Part shown: one piece after another, positions 1 to 4,549 of the stretch
Layout: every line of letters begins with the position of its first letter
How positions within the stretch are numbered: the stretch's first letter is position 1
Assembly (NCBI GenBank): GCA_964480435.1
Contig: CAYZSS010000029.1
Span: 1 to 7,463 of the forward strand
Direction: 5' to 3'
DNA length: 7,463 nucleotides
Source: an uncultured archaeon
Lineage (GTDB): Archaea; Iainarchaeota; Iainarchaeia; Iainarchaeales; 0-14-0-20-30-16
The notes under the pieces: generated by a model
Database searches by the model: none
What the model saw: the letters and a program-made list of their open reading frames with translations, nothing else
Told to the model about the DNA's origin: nothing
Made by a program: the position numbers and the translations under genes

Positions 1-2
1 AA

Positions 3-134
3 AACAAAGAGCTGGCATCAAAATCCATTTCTGAGAAAAATGTGCCTGAAACAGTTAAAAAAATGTTTTGTGCAATAGAAATTAACAAGCCAAAGCATAA
101 TTTAAAACTAAAAGCAATATCTCTAAGTCTATAG
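3..134 (+). CDS. 3' end of an unidentified protein-coding gene (last 43 codons; 5' part lies outside the window)
   Basis: Frame 3 is open from the window edge to TAG at 132-134 (NKELASKSISEKNVPETVKKMFCAIEINKPKHNLKLKAISLSL*). Its K/E/N-rich composition matches neighbouring genes. The open antisense frame is F/L/I-rich and looks like a shadow frame. Hairpin and T-tract signals follow at 146-200. No family recognised. Confidence 0.3.
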   Translation, partial: NKELASKSISEKNVPETVKKMFCAIEINKPKHNLKLKAISLSL

Positions 135-145
135 TCTAATATACA

Positions 146-200
146 AAAAGTGGCTCCGTGCCTTTTGATTTAACGCCCACTAGGGGCTTTTTCTCTTTTT
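146..200 (+). terminator. Two small GC hairpins, each followed by a T-tract (terminator-like)
   Basis: GGC(152-154)/GCC(160-162) with a 5-nt loop, followed by TTTT. Then GCCC(175-178)/GGGC(184-187) with loop ACTAG, followed by TTTTTCTCTTTTT (188-200). These sit 12-40 nt after the TAG at 132-134 and are the only GC-rich patch in this spacer. Confidence 0.35.
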
Positions 201-223
201 GTTTAAAAGATTATTTTTTAAAC
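201..223 (+). promoter_or_regulatory. AT-rich inverted repeat GTTTAAAA-N7-TTTTAAAC overlapping TATA-like boxes upstream of the radical SAM gene
   Basis: 201-208 GTTTAAAA is the exact reverse complement of 216-223 TTTTAAAC. The right arm lies about 25 nt upstream of ATG 244, the spacing expected for a TATA box driving a leaderless archaeal mRNA. No SD precedes ATG 244. Confidence 0.25.
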
Positions 224-243
224 TAAATTACTACTTATTAATT

Positions 244-1125
244 ATGGTTAATAATACAAACCAAAGCACAGTAATGTTAGTAAAACCTATATATCCTTGT
301 CAAAATGTTCCTGTGGTAGTTTTTAGTAAGCGTTGTCCTAAACCCTGTTTATATTGTGATCTTTGTAAAAGAGACTTTCCCAAAAATGCAATACTTGCAT
401 CAGGAAAAAAAGCAGTTTTGGAGAAATTAAAAAAATCTAAAGGAGCTTATTTTAGCGCAGTTTCTGACTGCTTTCTACCTACAAATAGAGAACTTACCCA
501 TAACATAATCAAAAATGTTTGGAAAGCTAAACCTAACTTTGTACCACTTATTGTAACTAAGCAATCAATCCCCCAAAAGACAATAAATTTATTTATAAAA
601 AATAAACAAAGGATTGTTATGCAAATCTCCACCCCAAGCTTAAATAACAAACTTCTTTCAATCTTAGAACCTGGAGGAGCATCTGTTTCAAAAAGATTAA
701 AAACTATTGAAAAGCTTACTAAAGGAGGAGTTTCAGTAACAGCAGTAGTAATGCCCTGGTTTAATATCTATACAGAAAATGAAAACATAACAGATCTACC
801 AAAAGAACTAGCAAAAGTAGGAGTTACAAGGTGTATAATTGGTACAGGTGTTTTACCACCAAACCAAAGACAAAAGATGATAAACACCAATAACAAAGCA
901 ATTCAGTACGCAGTTAAACAAATGACAGAAGAAAGAAAAGTAACTACAAAAATAGGCTATACACTCCCAATTAAAGAAAGAATATTATTATTCTCTGAAC
1001 TTATCTCTGCTTTTAGTAAATTTGGAATAAAAGCAAGAATCTGCACAGCAGACAATGCTGATTTAATAGATAAAGTCAAGCTACCTCTTTGCACTAAATT
1101 TAAGCACCCTTACTTTTTATCTTAA
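244..1125 (+). CDS. Radical SAM protein, SPL/COG1533-like (the 'DNA repair photolyase' family); exact function unknown
   Basis: It has the canonical CxxxCxxC cluster motif RCPKPCLYC. Downstream blocks SAVSDCFLPTNRE, LIVTKQS and ISTPSLNNKLLSILEPGGASVSKRLKTIEKLTKGGVSVTAVVMPW match my memory of the COG1533/SplB-like layout. I prefer ATG 244 as the start. TTG 199 (ORF-track start) and ATG 274 are alternatives. Stop TAA at 1123-1125. Confidence 0.8.
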   Translation: MVNNTNQSTVMLVKPIYPCQNVPVVVFSKRCPKPCLYCDLCKRDFPKNAILASGKKAVLEKLKKSKGAYFSAVSDCFLPTNRELTHNIIKNVWKAKPNFVPLIVTKQSIPQKTINLFIKNKQRIVMQISTPSLNNKLLSILEPGGASVSKRLKTIEKLTKGGVSVTAVVMPWFNIYTENENITDLPKELAKVGVTRCIIGTGVLPPNQRQKMINTNNKAIQYAVKQMTEERKVTTKIGYTLPIKERILLFSELISAFSKFGIKARICTADNADLIDKVKLPLCTKFKHPYFLS

Positions 1126-1129
1126 TTTT

Positions 1130-1726
1130 TTATTTTGGTCTAGGCATACCTACTTTTGCACGGAAAAATACAGTTGGTTTTCTAAACCTTATGCTCGTTC
1201 TCAAACTATCTAAAATAGATAATTTTGCTCCACCAAAGCCATCATGACCTTGTCTTTTTAAATTATTATGTTCCCTTACCCCTGATAAAGCATTATTTCT
1301 TCCCGATGGATTTCTAACTAACGCAGAACCAGTCATTTGCTTTAGCCCTAATCTTCTTACTTCTTCAATACCTTCTCTAAATATACTTTTGAATACTCCT
1401 TTTACCCTGTGTTCAGGCAACACAAAAAGCCAAGAGATGAAACCCAAGGTAGATGGTTGTGTAACTTTATGCCACCACTTAGTTCTCCATAACTCTTTTA
1501 CCGCCAATGTACCCGCACCAACTATTTTTGGGACTGCTAAAGTATCATCAACCAGAGCATAAAATTTTCTTTTTTCCATAGCAGTTTTTATTTCATTAAT
1601 ATTTGGTCTCGAATTCCAATGTAATCCTTTTAGTTCGTTTTGAGGAACAAGAGAATAAAATTCAGCAAAAAATCTTGCATCCAGTAATTGCCCATTAAAT
1701 AAAGTGTCTTGTGAAATTAGTTTCAT
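1130..1726 (-). CDS. GNAT-family N-acetyltransferase (divergent), with a basic C-terminal extension
   Basis: The block GFISWLFVLPEHRVKGVFKSIFREGIEEVRRLGLKQMTGSA looks like GNAT beta4-alpha3-beta5 (acetyl-CoA motif A), with R-x-x-G-x-G/A degenerate as RVKGVF. ATG 1724-1726 lies 7 nt after the nadM stop. AAGGAG (1737-1742, minus strand) lies 10 nt upstream, inside the nadM 3' end. Confidence 0.6.
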   Translation of the reverse strand: MKLISQDTLFNGQLLDARFFAEFYSLVPQNELKGLHWNSRPNINEIKTAMEKRKFYALVDDTLAVPKIVGAGTLAVKELWRTKWWHKVTQPSTLGFISWLFVLPEHRVKGVFKSIFREGIEEVRRLGLKQMTGSALVRNPSGRNNALSGVREHNNLKRQGHDGFGGAKLSILDSLRTSIRFRKPTVFFRAKVGMPRPK

Positions 1727-1733
1727 AAAAATC

Positions 1734-2300
1734 CTACTCCTTTATTTTTCTATTTTTTATCCATTTCTCAATCAAAGGAATTGCCCCCTTAGGCACCATT
1801 TCTTTCCATTCTTCTGTTCCAGCATAAATAGAATCTTTTACCTTTGTTCCAGAAACGCCAGTAGTAAATTGTGGGACAATTTCTGTTTTGTAACCAAATT
1901 GTTCATAGACCTTCAACTTAACAAAGTGATGTTCATCCTTTGCAGGTATTGCAACCACAGTGTTTTCTTTAGGAGGAAATAATTCAAACCAATTCTCTTC
2001 TTCATACGTCCCAAAGTGCGGTAGAATTTTTACTCTTGCTAAGTCTATGCCTTCTTGTTTCAAAGACTCAAGAATTATTTGCTCTCGCTCCAGATAAGAA
2101 AAGGGATTATTTTCTTTTGCCCTTGCGTGTGCAAGACTTTTTTTCAAATCATCTGGATAAGTATCATAATTATTTGGAAGTCGTCTTAGAGGATTTCCCA
2201 GTCCAATATACAAAGTATCATATTTTTCAAGGAGATAAAGGATAAATGCTAGGTGACCTTTGTGAAAAGGTTGAAATCTCCCGTGGGTATATACATCCAT
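1734..2300 (-). CDS. nadM: Nicotinamide-nucleotide (NMN) adenylyltransferase, archaeal NadM type
   Basis: N-terminal MDVYTHGRFQPFHKGHLAFI carries the GRFQPFHKGH (HxGH) signature of archaeal NMNAT. ENNPFSYLEREQII aligns to the ENPFTAGER block. VSGTKVKDSIYAGTEEWKEMVPKGAIPLI aligns to the [24 protein letters not shown] block of M. jannaschii NMNAT, as I remember it. I moved the start to ATG 2298-2300, because the 64 upstream codons of the track ORF are F/L/I-rich and would overlap the divergent lipoprotein gene. Confidence 0.85.
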   Translation of the reverse strand: MDVYTHGRFQPFHKGHLAFILYLLEKYDTLYIGLGNPLRRLPNNYDTYPDDLKKSLAHARAKENNPFSYLEREQIILESLKQEGIDLARVKILPHFGTYEEENWFELFPPKENTVVAIPAKDEHHFVKLKVYEQFGYKTEIVPQFTTGVSGTKVKDSIYAGTEEWKEMVPKGAIPLIEKWIKNRKIKE

Positions 2301-2400
2301 AAATCCCCTATTACTCCGAAAAGAATATAATTGTATCAAAAAATGGGAAAGACATAAATAGAATATCAGTTTTATTTTACTGTTTAATTGGAGGAATGTT
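2301..2400. promoter_or_regulatory. Divergent promoter spacer between the nadM-GNAT operon and the lipoprotein gene
   Basis: This 100-nt AT-rich spacer separates divergent starts. TATA-like runs are GAATATAA (2323-2330), CATAAATA (2353-2360) and TTTTATTTTA (2370-2379). GGAGG (2390-2394) sits 6 nt before ATG 2401. GGGGA on the minus strand (2304-2308) sits 3 nt (2301-2303) before the nadM ATG. Confidence 0.4.
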
Positions 2401-2952
2401 ATGAAAAAAATACTTTTTATTTTAAGTTTACTAATCATATCAACTATTTTTCTTAGTGGATGTGTAGCTAGTACAGACGATACACAAAACAATAATTATA
2501 CTGCACCACCAGCAACAGAGCCTACAAACGAGGGATGTGGTAGCACAACAACTACTAACAAAAGCAATTATGATTGTTTAATTATGGCAGCAGAAACTTG
2601 TACTCCTGCAAAATTAACTGACTTAACAACAATAAATATGTTCGGATTACTAGTATCCACTTCTACACAGTTTGAGATAAAAGGTTTAGAAGCAGGTAAA
2701 TGTGTATTCTACCAAAAAACATTAGATCAAAGTATTGTACTATCAGATGAAATAAAACAGCAATTAGTTGATTCAGGAAAGACAGCTGCTGAAATACAAA
2801 CAGCAGAAACTGAAGCTAACGCTAATGCAAAACAAAATGCCGGACTTGAACTAACATGCAAATTCAATATTTCTGATTTAACAACAACTTTAACAAATTG
2901 GAAAAACGGGGAAGCATCTTCTCACGACTATGATGTTGCGGAATGTAATTAA
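2401..2952 (+). CDS. Secreted lipoprotein of unknown function (lipobox signal peptide, Thr/Asn/Pro linker, Cys-rich domain)
   Basis: MKKILFILSLLIISTIFLSGC has a KK n-region, a hydrophobic core and the lipobox L-S-G-C (Cys21). A low-complexity linker (TDDTQNNNYTAPPATEPTNEGCGSTTTTNK) follows, then a domain of about 125 aa. There are six further Cys residues (46, 59, 67, 101, 153, 182). A strong GGAGG SD precedes the start. Stop TAA at 2950-2952. Confidence 0.8.
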   Translation: MKKILFILSLLIISTIFLSGCVASTDDTQNNNYTAPPATEPTNEGCGSTTTTNKSNYDCLIMAAETCTPAKLTDLTTINMFGLLVSTSTQFEIKGLEAGKCVFYQKTLDQSIVLSDEIKQQLVDSGKTAAEIQTAETEANANAKQNAGLELTCKFNISDLTTTLTNWKNGEASSHDYDVAECN

Positions 2953-2971
2953 CATTCCCTTTCATTTTTTT
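2940..2971 (+). terminator. Hairpin spanning the lipoprotein stop codon, followed by a T7 tract
   Basis: GGAATGT (2940-2946) pairs perfectly with ACATTCC (2952-2958), with the 5-nt loop AATTA. Then comes CTTTCA and TTTTTTT (2965-2971). Confidence 0.5.
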
Positions 2972-3110
2972 ATCTATTTTTCGGTTATGGATATTTATCC
3001 TGAAATTATGCTTTACTTAGAAAAAAATATAATAATATTTAGGCACATTATTTTAAACTTTGACAGCCTATTTATTTAAGAAATTTTTATATCAATTAGG
3101 AGTTGATTGT

Positions 3111-3800
3111 ATGGTAGCAAAAAAGAAAGTTTCAAAAACAGTAAAAGCAAAAGCAAAAACAACTACAAAAGCAGTAAAGAAAACAGTACCAAAAGTAAAA
3201 GCAAAAATAACAAAGCCAATTAAGGCAAAAACAAAAGTTGTTCCAAAGAAAGCAGTAAAACCAGTTGCAAAAACAGCAACAAAATCTGGAGCAAATGTAA
3301 AAAGTAATGATTGGGTTGCAGTTCATTACACTGGAAAATTCACTGATGGAAAAGTATTTGACTCAAGCAAAGGAAGAGACCCGTTAGTATTCCAAGTTGG
3401 AGCAGGAATGGTAATACAAGGCTTTGATGACGCAGTAAAAAAAATCAAGGTAGGATCAGAAACAGAAATAAAGATCAAAGCAAAAGAAGCCTACGGAGAG
3501 AGAAGCAATAAAGAAGCTACAATCCCAAAAAGTGCATTCCAAGATGAAAGCATTATGAAAGTAGGAAAAGAAGCGGAGATAATGACTAATATGGGTCCTA
3601 TGCTTTTGAAAGTAACAAAAATCGAAAAAGATACAGTAAAGGCAATATTAAACCACCCTTTGGCAGGAAAGGATTTAGTATTCAATATTAAATTAGAAAG
3701 GATCCTAGATGCAAAAGAAGTAAAAGCATTAGAGAAAGCACAAGCTTGTGACTGTGGTTGCGATTGCGGTTGTGAAGATGATGGCTGTAATTGCCATTAA
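3111..3800 (+). CDS. slyD: FKBP-type peptidyl-prolyl cis-trans isomerase, SlyD-like (FKBP plus IF chaperone insert), with an N-terminal polylysine tail and a C-terminal Cys/His-rich tail
   Basis: The core is WVAVHYTGKFTDGKVFDSS...LVFQVGAGMVIQGFDDAV...AYGER. The insert-in-flap segment is followed by NHPLAGKDLVFNIKLERI (compare NHMLAGQNLKFNVEVVAI of E. coli SlyD). The protein ends ACDCGCDCGCEDDGCNCH. AGGAG (3098-3102) lies 8 nt before ATG 3111. The next Met is deep inside the FKBP core, so the Lys-rich head must be translated. Confidence 0.85.
   Translation: MVAKKKVSKTVKAKAKTTTKAVKKTVPKVKAKITKPIKAKTKVVPKKAVKPVAKTATKSGANVKSNDWVAVHYTGKFTDGKVFDSSKGRDPLVFQVGAGMVIQGFDDAVKKIKVGSETEIKIKAKEAYGERSNKEATIPKSAFQDESIMKVGKEAEIMTNMGPMLLKVTKIEKDTVKAILNHPLAGKDLVFNIKLERILDAKEVKALEKAQACDCGCDCGCEDDGCNCH
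3120..3302 (+). repeat. Low-complexity lysine-codon tract (AAA/AAG interspersed with GCA/ACA/GTA/CCA) encoding the basic head of SlyD
   Basis: Reiterated KAK, KTV, KPV and KAV units. There are 23 Lys and no Asp or Glu in the first 64 residues. The tract also generates the Cys/Phe-rich antisense shadow ORF at 3132-3326. Confidence 0.7.
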
Positions 3801-3817
3801 TTCTTTTTCTTTTTTTT
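3801..3817 (+). terminator. Oligo-T tract immediately after the slyD stop (archaeal-type terminator candidate)
   Basis: TTCTTTTTCTTTTTTTT includes a T5 run and a T8 run (3810-3817) directly after TAA 3798-3800. Confidence 0.35.
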
Positions 3818-3824
3818 ATATTTA
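3814..3824 (+). promoter_or_regulatory. TATA-like box upstream of the NAD-kinase-like gene
   Basis: TTTTATATTTA is centred about 35 nt upstream of ATG 3854. Only a weak G-rich stretch (TGGGG, 3842-3846) lies in the SD position. Confidence 0.3.
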
Positions 3825-3853
3825 GAACAGTATTGATTAGATGGGGCATCAGC

Positions 3854-4543
3854 ATGAAATTTGCAATTATCGGCAGGGAATTCCAAGAAATAAAAAACGA
3901 AATAACGGACAAAACTTTTGAATACAGCAAGAAAAACCCGGACTTTGTTATCTGCTATGGGGGAGACGGAATCTTTCTAATTGGAGAAAGAATCTACCCT
4001 GGAATCCCAAAAATATTAGTTAAAGGAAGCCCCACTTCTAACAAAGCACAAGACATACCCATATCAGTAGTATTAGAAAAATTCAACAACAAAGAATATG
4101 ATATCCAATACATAAATAAATTAAAAGCAGTGTATTGTGGCGCTTTTGAAACCAGAAACCTAATTGGTGTTAATGACATAGTAATAAGAAACAGTTTACC
4201 AACTGAAGCACTGAGATTCAGTGTAAAAACAAAAGGTGTTTCAGAAGAGTTCATTGGTGATGGGGTAGTAGTCTCTACGAACTATGGAAGTTCAAAAGGA
4301 GCATACTTTTATTCAATAACAAGAAAAGAATTCTCAGACGGAATAGGAATTGCTTTCAACAATGTTACAAAGGAAAAAAAAGAGGAAATCATACCAGAAA
4401 CCGAGAAAATAGAAGTTAAGGTTACTAGAGGACCAGGAGTTTTAGTTGCAGATAATAATAGAGATTACATTAACCTAGTAAATGGAGACAAGGTAAAAAT
4501 ATTCCAAACAAAAGAAGTTGCCAAGAGACTAATTTTAAAATAA
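3854..4543 (+). CDS. NAD kinase family protein (NadK/PpnK-like), short and divergent
   Basis: It has the GGDG motif (DFVICYGGDGIFL), the NE/D block (IGVNDIVIRN) and GDGVVVST. The canonical TPTGSTAY segment reads TNYGSSKGAYFYS. The 229-aa length is comparable to short archaeal NadKs. I moved the start to ATG 3854, because the upstream 21 codons of the track ORF run through the oligo-T/TATA spacer. Confidence 0.7.
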   Translation: MKFAIIGREFQEIKNEITDKTFEYSKKNPDFVICYGGDGIFLIGERIYPGIPKILVKGSPTSNKAQDIPISVVLEKFNNKEYDIQYINKLKAVYCGAFETRNLIGVNDIVIRNSLPTEALRFSVKTKGVSEEFIGDGVVVSTNYGSSKGAYFYSITRKEFSDGIGIAFNNVTKEKKEEIIPETEKIEVKVTRGPGVLVADNNRDYINLVNGDKVKIFQTKEVAKRLILK

Positions 4544-4549
4544 TTAATT

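Noticed and set aside
140-200. The GC-richer patch (GTGGCTCCGTGCC...GCCCACTAGGGGC) as a tRNA fragment, C/D-box sRNA or other small RNA.
   Set aside because: It has no cloverleaf arms and no C (RUGAUGA) or D (CUGA) box pair in appropriate spacing. The stems are only 3-4 bp and each is followed by T-runs, which terminator-like hairpins explain better.
447-650. Antisense or overlapping ORFs from the track: 447-650(-), 1704-1982(+), 2036-2245(+), 3132-3326(-), 3491-3685(-), 3688-3930(-), 3994-4254(-), 4761-4955(+), 5530-5754(-), 6018-6284(-), 7045-7458(-).
   Set aside because: Each lies wholly or mostly inside a confidently assigned gene on the other strand. Each has the F/L/I/C-rich or otherwise skewed composition typical of shadow frames of K/E/N-rich AT-rich genes. 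None has an SD or a recognisable motif. ORF 7045-7458(-) is the shadow of the ABC-2 permease, which the track misses because that gene has no stop in the window.
199-1726. Radical SAM gene next to a GNAT gene, read as a possible split Elp3 (tRNA U34 modification enzyme, a radical SAM plus KAT fusion).
   Set aside because: The genes are convergent on opposite strands and are not co-transcribed. The radical SAM blocks look COG1533/SPL-like rather than Elp3-like, and the GNAT is instead coupled to nadM.
1130-1726. GNAT as the toxin of a GNAT/RHH toxin-antitoxin module (TacT/AtaT-like).
   Set aside because: No small antitoxin ORF is adjacent. The upstream coupled gene is a full-length NMNAT, and there is no space for another gene.
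2301-2492. Long N-terminal extensions implied by the track ORFs: nadM from 2492, slyD from TTG 3060, NadK-like from 3791, antiporter from 5581, radical SAM from TTG 199.
   Set aside because: The extensions run through AT-rich spacers, T-tracts or TATA-like boxes, or overlap the divergent neighbour. They add F/L/I-rich junk ahead of family-typical N-termini (MDVYTHGRFQPFHKGH, MKFAIIG, MIEYILFVVG). SD sites sit in front of the internal ATGs where present.
3025-3040. AT-only palindromes (AAATAT-N4-ATATTT and similar) as regulatory hairpins.
   Set aside because: They consist entirely of A and T in a roughly 30% G+C background, so they are expected by chance, and they would form very weak structures. 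I note them only within the spacer finding.
3120-3302. Repetitive AAAGCAAAAGCAAAAACA-type sequence as a possible CRISPR, tandem-repeat or satellite element.
   Set aside because: The repeats are irregular, stay in frame, and encode a continuous Lys/Ala/Thr/Val/Pro tail within the slyD ORF. There is no spacer-repeat periodicity.
1734-4543. NAD-metabolism genes as part of an NAD-depletion defence or an NAD-reconstitution counter-defence system.
   Set aside because: No TIR, SIR2, Nudix, NADase, Nampt or phage-like genes are present. The two enzymes are the ordinary housekeeping last steps of NAD(P) synthesis, sit on opposite strands, and are separated by unrelated genes.
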